A stretch of DNA of 54,289 nt from a virus (lineage: Duplodnaviria; Caudoviricetes), in IMG/VR virus record IMGVR_UViG_3300027969_004149, positions 1 through 54,289 of that record. One strand, written 5' to 3'. The notes beneath the pieces were generated by a model that worked only from the letters and a program-made list of their open reading frames with translations, was not told where the DNA came from and ran no database searches. The position numbers and the translations under genes are program-made. This document shows positions 1 through 7,790 of this stretch, piece by piece (the stretch's first letter is position 1; the number at the start of each line of letters is the position of its first letter).

Positions 1-2
1 TA

Positions 3-875
3 GAAGTTGTATTTTGGACCAATCCTAATATCGGACTTACTCCACAGGACCCAGAAATAGTAGACTATTGGTGCGAATTGTACCGAACTCATCCTACCTG
101 TCCTAGATTAATACAACCACAATGGTCAAAGAACAAAAAAGAATTAGTATACAGGCTTGTAGAAAAGTTTTTAGATGCAGGAGTGATCAACGAATTTAAA
201 GTAGATCTGCAAGACCTCGACCCAGTGGTGTTGGATTACATAGAAAGACCAGAGATGCCGTGGATTGAGCATAAACCATTATTAGCTGAAATGGTCAACA
301 GATATTACGAAAAATATAATGTACACGACACTGAAGTTCAAATATTTTTTATTTGGGGATTGCCTGGTCAGACTTTCGAAAATATGAAACGAAATATGAT
401 CGAAAGCGGAACTATAGGTGCTAGGGCACATACATTTTTGTTTGAAATATTGCCCAATACTCCGGCAGCAGATCCTAAATATATCCAGAGATTTAATTTA
501 AATATCAAAGAAATTATTATCAAAGGTGACCCAATTACCACAGTTATTTCTAGTTCTACTATGGACATCAAGGAATGGTTGACTGGCACCATAGCCTACT
601 ACCTACATAAAAGCATGGTACAGAAATTCTATTGGAAAAAAGTTATTGGCAGGGAAGCTACTTATTTTAAAAACTTTTATAAATTTCAAAAAGTAATAGA
701 TTCCAGTTATGAGCATTTCTTACAGACCAACGTGGTTCAGATTGTTGATAATGGAAGTCCCTATGATTTCAAAGTATATGTCACTGAAAACTTGGAATAT
801 CTTTATGAACTATTCTACGAAGAAAAACTCAACAACCAACTAACATCAACTGATAATCATTCGTTCTCGCTGTAG
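3..875 (+). CDS. C-terminal part of a cobalamin-dependent-type radical SAM protein (5' truncated by window)
   Basis: Frame is open from position 3 (EVVFWTNPNIGL...). Motifs GLPGQT, EILPNTP and ISSSTMD align by eye with GLPLET, VIPNSEM and SATNTMS of the 38120 B12-radical SAM protein. Confidence 0.7.
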   Translation, partial: EVVFWTNPNIGLTPQDPEIVDYWCELYRTHPTCPRLIQPQWSKNKKELVYRLVEKFLDAGVINEFKVDLQDLDPVVLDYIERPEMPWIEHKPLLAEMVNRYYEKYNVHDTEVQIFFIWGLPGQTFENMKRNMIESGTIGARAHTFLFEILPNTPAADPKYIQRFNLNIKEIIIKGDPITTVISSSTMDIKEWLTGTIAYYLHKSMVQKFYWKKVIGREATYFKNFYKFQKVIDSSYEHFLQTNVVQIVDNGSPYDFKVYVTENLEYLYELFYEEKLNNQLTSTDNHSFSL

Positions 876-940
876 TTCAATGGATAGAACAAGACACTCC
901 TAAGGTCAAGATCTCAGTTCGATCCTGGGCAGCGAGACCA
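866..940 (+). tRNA. tRNA-Arg(CCT)
   Basis: Acceptor CTCGCTG/CAGCGAG, D arm GTTC/GAAC with A20, loop CT-CCT-AA, T arm CTCAG-TTCGATC-CTGGG, encoded CCA. Anticodon stem has only 3 canonical pairs. Confidence 0.85.
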
Positions 941-945
941 TAGAG

Positions 946-951
946 TAAATA
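946..951 (+). promoter_or_regulatory. TAAATA late-type promoter motif
   Basis: 7 nt before ATG 959 with no Shine-Dalgarno; the same motif recurs at operon heads. Confidence 0.55.
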
Positions 952-958
952 CTAGGCT

Positions 959-1552
959 ATGTTAAAAGAACACTTGTTGCCATCAAAATTTGAAAATTTT
1001 ATAAGAGCATGGACCATCGACGATTGTTCTATCTGTGACGAAATCATAGATTACTTTTATCAAAATGAAAAAACCGAGGGCGGGCTAATGACTGCTACCG
1101 GACGTGTTGAAGTCAACAAAGAGTACAAAGACTCTGTGGATTGTTCTTTTGATGCGTCAACGGATCTCGGTAAACGATATATCGGTGAACAGTTACGGTC
1201 AGTGACTGACGAATATGTAAAAAGTTTTCCGGCAGTCAATGATTACAGCAGATGGGGTGTGGTTGAACCTGTTCATATAAAATTCTATCAGCCCGGTGCA
1301 GGATATCATGCATTTCATACCGAACGTAGTTCTGCAACCTATCCTATAAACAACAGACATCTTGTTTTTATGACCTATCTAAATGATGTGTCTGACAGCG
1401 GTGAGACTGAATTTTTACATCAAGGAATTAAAATCAAACCTCAAAAAGGGCTAACAGTGATTTGGCCAGCAGACTGGACTTACACTCACCGAGGCATAAC
1501 CAGCTTGACACAAAACAAATATATTATAACAGGATGGTATAGTTTTTTTTAA
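959..1552 (+). CDS. 2OG-Fe(II) oxygenase (prolyl 4-hydroxylase-like)
   Basis: FHTE, MTYLNDV..GETEF, WPADWTYTHRG, KYIITGW. Confidence 0.85.
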   Translation: MLKEHLLPSKFENFIRAWTIDDCSICDEIIDYFYQNEKTEGGLMTATGRVEVNKEYKDSVDCSFDASTDLGKRYIGEQLRSVTDEYVKSFPAVNDYSRWGVVEPVHIKFYQPGAGYHAFHTERSSATYPINNRHLVFMTYLNDVSDSGETEFLHQGIKIKPQKGLTVIWPADWTYTHRGITSLTQNKYIITGWYSFF

Positions 1553-1556
1553 TCAT

Positions 1557-2183
1557 ATGACTAATACAAACAAATTTTCAATATTACCGCTATTTCCGAC
1601 CACCCTTGGTGCTGTGACTGTATCTGAAGATTTCAGCAATCTTGAAAAGATCAAAGAGTTTGCATACACTGACATTACCAGTGATGAAAGTTTTAATTCT
1701 TTTAAAACTGAAGACAATCAATTACTATCAAATTTTCCAAAAGAAAAAGAAATACTGCTGTCATATTTTAATAATTTTAAAAATGATATTCTAGCATTGA
1801 ACGACAACGAATTTGCTATTTCGTCATCCTGGGCCACCCGTGTAGGACAGAATGGATTTTGTCAGCTACACGATCATAAGAATTCTTTTTACAGCGGTGT
1901 ATTATATCTTGACAGCGTTAATGCTGGCGGTGACATCTTATTTCAAAATCCACTCACAACAGGATCCTTTTTAGTAAATCCGGTAGAATGGAATACATTT
2001 AATTTCGAAACATATCAACTGACACCCGAAAAGAATCTATTAATTTTATTTCCAAGCTATCTGAAACATAGAATCAACAAATACCTCGGTGCTGAATTTC
2101 GATATTCGATAGCATTTAATATTGTGCCTATCGGTAAGTTTGGAAGGGGTGATTCGATAGTCAACTATCAATTAATCGAATAA
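1557..2183 (+). CDS. 2OG-Fe(II) oxygenase (TIGR02466/PF13759-like)
   Basis: LHDHKNSFYSGVLY, LFPSYLKH, RYSIAFN. Confidence 0.85.
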   Translation: MTNTNKFSILPLFPTTLGAVTVSEDFSNLEKIKEFAYTDITSDESFNSFKTEDNQLLSNFPKEKEILLSYFNNFKNDILALNDNEFAISSSWATRVGQNGFCQLHDHKNSFYSGVLYLDSVNAGGDILFQNPLTTGSFLVNPVEWNTFNFETYQLTPEKNLLILFPSYLKHRINKYLGAEFRYSIAFNIVPIGKFGRGDSIVNYQLIE

Positions 2184-2851
2184 TGATCACACCTTACGCC
2201 ACAGAAGAATTATTAGAGATTAATGATTCCTGCAATCCGTATTTTGTTAATGGGGTTGTGGTTGTAGATGATGTCTATAAAAACTATGAAAAATTACACA
2301 GTATGTTACAAAACATGCCTGTGTCGAGATGGAAGACATCAAGCAGCAGTAAAAATTTTACAGAGTATTACGATTGTAGAGCTACTCTAGCGTCCCCGTT
2401 TGTTGAAAAAGAAAACACAGCTATCATAAAATTAATCAAACATCTTATTAAAGAATACTTCGATCAAGATAACACTACTCTTGAAAAAGAAAGTTCAATT
2501 TTAGATTTTGGATTTTATAAGAATATCAAAAAAGATGTTCCTAAATTTTTACAACATTTCCCTCACAAGGAAACATCATTTAATTGTTTAATATACATAG
2601 ACAAAATTTGTTCAGGTGGTACAGCGTTGTTCGATATCGATGATCATATCACTAATCAAGAACATGTACATGTGTTGTGTGATATCTCAATGTATCCGAT
2701 AGAATTAATTAGAGCCAAACCAAATCGTCTAGTTATATTTCCGGGTAACAGGTATCATGGAGCATTTATAGAAGATCACAATCTATATGTCGACCATTGG
2801 AGAATTGTACAACTAATGTTTTTTAACAATAACAAAATTGATAATGTTTGA
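2183..2851 (+). CDS. 2OG-Fe(II) oxygenase-like protein (DUF6445-like)
   Basis: FPHKE, GGTALF, PNRLVIFPGNRYHG, WR. Confidence 0.65.
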   Translation: MITPYATEELLEINDSCNPYFVNGVVVVDDVYKNYEKLHSMLQNMPVSRWKTSSSSKNFTEYYDCRATLASPFVEKENTAIIKLIKHLIKEYFDQDNTTLEKESSILDFGFYKNIKKDVPKFLQHFPHKETSFNCLIYIDKICSGGTALFDIDDHITNQEHVHVLCDISMYPIELIRAKPNRLVIFPGNRYHGAFIEDHNLYVDHWRIVQLMFFNNNKIDNV

Positions 2852-3416
2852 TAACTTCAAATTTATGCCAGATTCAAATAAAATCCTAGTAGGAACAATG
2901 CCTAATGAAATTTTTTTAGAGATATCTGAATTTGTCAAGCATTGTAGAAAAGTCAAAGATCATCCCTTAGGCAGTCTTCGAAATCATTTAAATGGCGGAG
3001 AAAATAGTTATCAAATATCAATTCCAAAACCGTTGATAGAAGAATCTTTTTTATTTCCGTATCTAATTAAATTAGGTGAACATTTTTTGAGACTACAAGG
3101 CATAGAAATCGGTGAGGAAAAAAGAAAGGTGAGATTGAGATCAACTCATAATCATTTTGATGGGTACGATTGCTGGATCAATTTTACAAATAAAAATGAC
3201 AATAATCCCTTTCATACACATCTAGGTAGTTTATCTGGAGTAATTTATTATTCCAATCAAGATAACTGTCCTACTATCTTTGAGGGCGATGTTAAATATT
3301 TCGGTAAAGAGCAAGAAATTGTAATCTTTCCTTCTACGTTAAAACATTGTGTTGAAACACATGTCAGCGACAATGAACGAATTACTTTGAGTTTTAATTT
3401 AGATTATACAGGATGA
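2844..3416 (+). CDS. 2OG-Fe(II) oxygenase (PF13759-like)
   Basis: FHTHLGSLSGVIY, IFPSTLKHCV, RITLSFN. Confidence 0.8.
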   Translation: MFDNFKFMPDSNKILVGTMPNEIFLEISEFVKHCRKVKDHPLGSLRNHLNGGENSYQISIPKPLIEESFLFPYLIKLGEHFLRLQGIEIGEEKRKVRLRSTHNHFDGYDCWINFTNKNDNNPFHTHLGSLSGVIYYSNQDNCPTIFEGDVKYFGKEQEIVIFPSTLKHCVETHVSDNERITLSFNLDYTG

Positions 3417-3418
3417 AC

Positions 3419-3492
3419 GCGGGGTTAGTTTAATGGCAAAACAGCAGATTTCCAATCTTCGGTCGAGAGTTCGATTCTCTCACTCCGCTCCA
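3419..3492 (+). tRNA. tRNA-Gly(TCC)
   Basis: GCGGGGT/ACTCCGC acceptor, loop TT-TCC-AA, GAGAG-TTCGATT-CTCTC T arm, T73, CCA. Confidence 0.95.
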
Positions 3493-3500
3493 AGGACACT

Positions 3501-4076
3501 ATGCAGGTAGTAGATCAAACACAGCTTGTTCGCAAATTCAACTTCAGAAGTGTTATCACTGAGCAAGATGATGCTGTGGCCTGCAACATTATCAAGGGCA
3601 TTATTGCTGACGGCAATTACTTTACCAACAGTCCCAAGTTTCAAACCAAAGAAAATATTTTTGCTAGACCAGAACCTGTATGGCTGAAATATCGTATGAG
3701 CTTTATGTTCAGCCTATTCATGTATCTGGGCCGCGAAGTCAAAGTATCCGACATGATGGCTTGGAGTTTTATGACCAATCTCCAGGGTGCCGAAGATCGT
3801 GAAAAACTATGGCACAATCATTGGCATCCAAAAAATCCCAATAGTAAAATGTTCAGCGGCATATACTACCTGCATATTCCCGATGATGTCAAAGATCGAG
3901 ATTACTGTGGCACGGAGATAGCACCAAATGGTGCAGAGCAGGATGGTAAGTATTTCATCACCCCCACGCCAGGTCATTGGATCATATATCCCAGTGAAAC
4001 GTGGCATCGTCCGGGTATCGTACAAAGCAATCAATATCGATTTATATTGGCAGCAGACATAGAAGTGAATGTCTAA
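3501..4076 (+). CDS. 2OG-Fe(II) oxygenase-like protein
   Basis: WHNH, FSGIYYL, IIYPSETWHRP, RFILAAD. Confidence 0.7.
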   Translation: MQVVDQTQLVRKFNFRSVITEQDDAVACNIIKGIIADGNYFTNSPKFQTKENIFARPEPVWLKYRMSFMFSLFMYLGREVKVSDMMAWSFMTNLQGAEDREKLWHNHWHPKNPNSKMFSGIYYLHIPDDVKDRDYCGTEIAPNGAEQDGKYFITPTPGHWIIYPSETWHRPGIVQSNQYRFILAADIEVNV

Positions 4077-4764
4077 TGTTTTGATAATCGGTGACAGCTG
4101 GGGAGTTCCAAATTACCCATCATCGTACCACGGAGATTTCGAACGTGTTCACATAGGTGATCCTCCCGAAATACACATTGAATTTTTACTTCGAAATCTC
4201 GGACACACAGTAGTCAATTGTTCAATTAATGCCAAGGGGAATTTAACCAGTATCTTAAAAGGCATTGAGCATGTTCGATCAAATCCAGTGGATTGGATCG
4301 TTTGGTTCCATACTGAAATGCTACGTGATTCTTATCTAAATGGGCTAAACAAAACCTATTATAAAATCAGTGAGTTACAAGAATCGATTTCGGAAATAGT
4401 ATATAAAAAATTTCAAGAACTAAAACAAATCAGCGGTGCTAGATCTATTGTGATCGGCGGTCAGGCTCCGGTATTAGATAGTTTTTATAAGTACACCTCG
4501 GCAGACCATGTCAAGCAAGATTGGCGCGGAGAGATTTTAAATCGCGAATTTCCAATAGTGCATTCAATATGCTCTCTTGATCTTTTAGACAGTCCCTATT
4601 GTACAGATACCATAGAAGACAAATTGAGGCTGCTAGATCAGCATAAAATTATTTTAGATGCAATGTCCGAATCCTCTGACTTTCCGGATCGATGTCACCC
4701 CGGTCAGCGGCCCCATGCAGAATTGTGTGTATGGTTAGAAAAAATTATTGGCTCCTATAGTTAA
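4069..4764 (+). CDS. SGNH/GDSL hydrolase-like protein
   Basis: N-terminal IIGDSW and C-terminal DRCHP. Confidence 0.65.
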   Translation: MSNVLIIGDSWGVPNYPSSYHGDFERVHIGDPPEIHIEFLLRNLGHTVVNCSINAKGNLTSILKGIEHVRSNPVDWIVWFHTEMLRDSYLNGLNKTYYKISELQESISEIVYKKFQELKQISGARSIVIGGQAPVLDSFYKYTSADHVKQDWRGEILNREFPIVHSICSLDLLDSPYCTDTIEDKLRLLDQHKIILDAMSESSDFPDRCHPGQRPHAELCVWLEKIIGSYS

Positions 4765-4824
4765 ATGGCATAACGCATCCTTGGTAAGGATGTATTTCAA
4801 GTTCGATTCTTGGTTGGAGCACCA
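4751..4824 (+). tRNA. tRNA-Thr(GGT)
   Basis: GCTCCTA/TTGGAGC acceptor, CATCC-TT-GGT-AA-GGATG anticodon arm, TTCGATT T loop, ACCA. Confidence 0.95.
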
Positions 4825-4825
4825 C

Positions 4826-4854
4826 TTGACAACATTCAAATAAGACTGTATAAT
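4826..4854 (+). promoter_or_regulatory. sigma70 promoter
   Basis: TTGACA-N17-TATAAT, perfect consensus; AAGGAG RBS before ATG 4878. Confidence 0.9.
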
Positions 4855-4877
4855 TAAGTAATACGCAAGGAGCTCTT

Positions 4878-5339
4878 ATGGATATTCAAGTTATGGCAAG
4901 GAAAAGTATCAGCAAAGTGCTGGTTGAAAATTGTCTACAGTTGTTTCGAAATGAATTGAAATTGCAGAACAGTCGGTATTCACTGATAGTTGTTCCTGAA
5001 AGAGGAATGAGTGTTAAAGACGGTATCCGAGGTAGTGTATTTAAATTAGGGCCAACTGTTATAGGCATGAGCATAGACACTGCCCTTGACACAGAAAGAT
5101 TGATCATTGCTCTAGCACATGAAATGGTGCATGTCAAGCAGTATGCTCGAGGTCAAATCACTCATGGAAAGAATCTCAACAGCAAGTTTTGGATGGGCAA
5201 GAAATTCCGAGGTCATTATTATGATCTGCCTTGGGAAGTAGAAGCCTTTAGCAAAGAACGAGTGTTAGCCAACAAGATTTTTAAAATCATAGACAAGGCA
5301 GACGCTCAATTAAAATCAAAGAAAAATGTCAAAAAGTGA
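4878..5339 (+). CDS. HExxH zinc metallopeptidase-like phage protein
   Basis: [11 protein letters not shown] and PWEVEA. Confidence 0.75.
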   Translation: MDIQVMARKSISKVLVENCLQLFRNELKLQNSRYSLIVVPERGMSVKDGIRGSVFKLGPTVIGMSIDTALDTERLIIALAHEMVHVKQYARGQITHGKNLNSKFWMGKKFRGHYYDLPWEVEAFSKERVLANKIFKIIDKADAQLKSKKNVKK

Positions 5340-5544
5340 TCTTATAGAATTAACTGGTGAAGTTGAAGAAGTGTTACCTGGCAACATGTTCAGGGTCAAG
5401 GTAGATAACCTACCTAACATTCTTACCTGCTATACCAGTGGTAAATTAAAACAGCACAAGATAAAAATTATCTTAGGCGATAGAGTTAAAATTGAAGTAA
5501 GCCCATATGACCTAACTAAAGGTCGTGTGACATATAGGTTATAA
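5326..5544 (+). CDS. infA: translation initiation factor IF-1
   Basis: 72 aa; [39 protein letters not shown]. Confidence 0.95.
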   Translation: MSKSDLIELTGEVEEVLPGNMFRVKVDNLPNILTCYTSGKLKQHKIKIILGDRVKIEVSPYDLTKGRVTYRL

Positions 5545-6029
5545 GGAAAATATCATGCCACAGATTCAAAACGTATCATTGAGTGCTGTAGCCAACGGCC
5601 ATCATTTTGATGCAGGTGAGAACTCTATGCTGATACAGATAGTTAATGCACCAGAAGATCTTCCTGTTCCAAAATATAAATTCAAAGAAACACATCAATT
5701 TTGTTTTCTTGATGTTGAGAAAGATCATCAAAGCGATGACCCCACTGAAAAGTGCAGTCCCGAGCAGGCCGCAGAGCTTGTTCGGTTGTTGCAACACGCA
5801 TTAGAAAATCGCATGCAGGTAGTGGTACATTGCCATGCAGGTATTTGTCGCAGCGGGGCAGTTTGTGAAGTTGGCGTTATGCTGGGGTTTGATGACACCG
5901 AAGTTTTCCGTAGACCTAATTTGCTGGTCAAACATCTCATGATGAAAACATTGGGCTGGACCTATGATGAAAATGAAGACCGCACTGACAACAGAGTAAC
6001 CTAACGATTATAAGGAAAATATCATGCCA
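5539..6029 (+). repeat. 22-bp direct repeat at the heads of two duplicated genes
   Basis: ttataaggaaaatatcatgcca at 5539-5560 and 6008-6029. Confidence 0.85.
5555..6004 (+). CDS. PTP/dual-specificity phosphatase-like protein
   Basis: CX5R loop VHCHAGICRS. Confidence 0.8.
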   Translation: MPQIQNVSLSAVANGHHFDAGENSMLIQIVNAPEDLPVPKYKFKETHQFCFLDVEKDHQSDDPTEKCSPEQAAELVRLLQHALENRMQVVVHCHAGICRSGAVCEVGVMLGFDDTEVFRRPNLLVKHLMMKTLGWTYDENEDRTDNRVT

Positions 6030-6584
6030 TGGATTCAAAACATAGGTTTAGGCGATATCAAAAAAGGATTTCACATTGATCCTGGCACAAATGCCATGTT
6101 GATTCAAATTGTTGATCCAGATATGGAGTTTCCTATACCTAAGTATTCTTTCAAAGAAATCCATCAATTCCAATTCTTAGACATTGAAGAAAAAGACTTT
6201 GCCCTAGAAGAAGCCATGCGGTGTAGTCAAGAGCAGGCCAACGAGCTTGTTAGACTGTTGCAACACGCACTAGAGCAGAGAATGAATGTTATAGTTCATT
6301 GTCACGCTGGCGTTTGCCGCAGCGGTGCTGTTTGCGAACTTGGTGTTATGCTAGGGTTCGGAGACACTGAAGTATTTCGTAGTCCTAATCTGCTGGTCAA
6401 ACATCGTATGATGAAAGCCCTAGGTTGGACCTACGATCCGGATGAGCCGCACAGTATCAATGGTGTAACAACTGAGTTTGGAATTATTCTCCCCAAGGAG
6501 ATAGAGTGGGCCAATGACAACGAAAAAGTTTTTGTCTTGGCCGCTGAACGCAGAGCACGTAGAGAAAGAGAAGGTGACATATGA
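6024..6584 (+). CDS. PTP/dual-specificity phosphatase-like protein (paralog)
   Basis: VHCHAGVCRS; closely similar to 5555..6004. Confidence 0.8.
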   Translation: MPWIQNIGLGDIKKGFHIDPGTNAMLIQIVDPDMEFPIPKYSFKEIHQFQFLDIEEKDFALEEAMRCSQEQANELVRLLQHALEQRMNVIVHCHAGVCRSGAVCELGVMLGFGDTEVFRSPNLLVKHRMMKALGWTYDPDEPHSINGVTTEFGIILPKEIEWANDNEKVFVLAAERRARREREGDI

Positions 6585-6772
6585 TTAGATTAAATATATT
6601 TGAATTGAACAAAATTAAAAAAATCTGTGAGGAAGTTGGTACAGAATACTTTACGCTAGAACAAGATAATAGTTCTGGTATTGGCAGTGTTCTTACATTC
6701 ACCTACGAGACAGAAATCGCAGATTATCCTGCTAGAGTATCTATCGAAGTATCCGGAGTGGAGAGTTGGTGA
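6581..6772 (+). CDS. hypothetical protein
   Basis: ATGA overlap with upstream gene; AAGGTG RBS. Confidence 0.7.
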   Translation: MIRLNIFELNKIKKICEEVGTEYFTLEQDNSSGIGSVLTFTYETEIADYPARVSIEVSGVESW

Positions 6773-6790
6773 TTGTGGCATTTCTACAAC

Positions 6791-6824
6791 ACCCCGTTGA
6801 TTTTGGTTGACGGGGTTTCTTTTT
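6791..6824 (+). terminator. probable intrinsic terminator overlapping the next promoter
   Basis: ACCCCGTTGA/TTGACGGGGT stem (two G-U pairs) followed by TTCTTTTT. Confidence 0.6.
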
Positions 6825-6835
6825 GACGCTATAAT
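6807..6835 (+). promoter_or_regulatory. sigma70 promoter (probably leaderless transcript)
   Basis: TTGACG-N17-TATAAT; ATG 6842 begins 7 nt after the -10 box. Confidence 0.8.
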
Positions 6836-6841
6836 AATGGT

Positions 6842-7042
6842 ATGATACAAGTAAAAAGCAAAACAAAAACAAAGGAATTTGAAACCCTAGATCTAGCAAT
6901 GACGTGGGCCAAGAACGTGAATGAGTTCGTTACTATCACAGTTAACGGAATGGAAATAGTAGGACGATTTGGAGCAGACAGCATTGTTGACGGCAAGTGC
7001 CCGGACGGTGTTGACTACACCTGGAGAAAACGTAGAATTTAA
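6842..7042 (+). CDS. hypothetical protein
   Basis: ORF directly downstream of the promoter. Confidence 0.7.
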   Translation: MIQVKSKTKTKEFETLDLAMTWAKNVNEFVTITVNGMEIVGRFGADSIVDGKCPDGVDYTWRKRRI

Positions 7043-7057
7043 AGAAAGGAGGGCAAG

Positions 7058-7648
7058 ATGCCTAGTGTATTTTTAGTAAGCGACACGCACTTTGGACACA
7101 CCGGTGTTTGCCGCTTCACACGTAACGATGGTGTTACAAAACTTCGCCCATGGGACTCAGCAGAGGAAATGGACGAAGCGATGGTCAAGGCGTGGAACGA
7201 ACGGGTCAAGCCCACTGACAAAGTCTACCATTTGGGTGACGTTGTTATTAACCGCAAAGCATTGGGTATTATGCGTAGGTTAAACGGTGACAAGGTGTTG
7301 ATCCGTGGTAATCACGATATCTTTAGGGACAACGACTACCGCGAACACTTTAGAGAATTACGTGCATATCATGTTATGAACGGAATGATCTTAAGTCATA
7401 TTCCTTTACATCCGGAATCGTTGGGTCGGTTTGGTACTAACATACACGGGCACACACACGCTAATCGTGTTATGTTACCCGGGTTTGGTGGTAAGATCAC
7501 TGACATAGTAGATACTCGTTATCACTGCGTTTGCGTAGAACAAACCCCTGATTTTGCTCCTATTTTGTTTGAAGACGTTATAGCACGTATTGAAGCAGAA
7601 GGCGGGAGCATAGGTTTCAAGAACGGAAACGGTTCTATAGCAGATTAG
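7058..7648 (+). CDS. calcineurin-like metallophosphoesterase
   Basis: SDTHFGH, HLGD, RGNHD, SH, HGHTH; AGGAGG RBS. Confidence 0.9.
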   Translation: MPSVFLVSDTHFGHTGVCRFTRNDGVTKLRPWDSAEEMDEAMVKAWNERVKPTDKVYHLGDVVINRKALGIMRRLNGDKVLIRGNHDIFRDNDYREHFRELRAYHVMNGMILSHIPLHPESLGRFGTNIHGHTHANRVMLPGFGGKITDIVDTRYHCVCVEQTPDFAPILFEDVIARIEAEGGSIGFKNGNGSIAD

Positions 7649-7664
7649 GACGTAGTCCTATTTT

Positions 7665-7697
7665 AGCGCCGGCCCCAAGGCGCTTATAAATGAGGGC
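7665..7697 (+). ncRNA. candidate H-type pseudoknot RNA
   Basis: AGCGCC/GGCGCT stem; loop GCCC can pair with downstream GGGC. Confidence 0.35.
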
Positions 7698-7726
7698 AAA
7701 ATAGCACCTTCGGGTGCTATTTTTTT
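7698..7726 (+). terminator. intrinsic terminator (potentially bidirectional)
   Basis: AAAATAGCACC-TTCG-GGTGCTATTTTTTT. Confidence 0.9.
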
Positions 7727-7790
7727 GACTCTGCGTTCTGATATCAGCGGCATAAATATATATGGTAGAACAATTCCAGGAGTTATAGAT

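Noticed and set aside
7665-7700. SAM-II riboswitch or stop-codon readthrough signal
   Set aside because: It has an ATAAATG linker like SAM-II but lacks the U-rich loop and lies 3' of a gene. Readthrough of TAG 7646 would hit another in-frame TAG at 7664.
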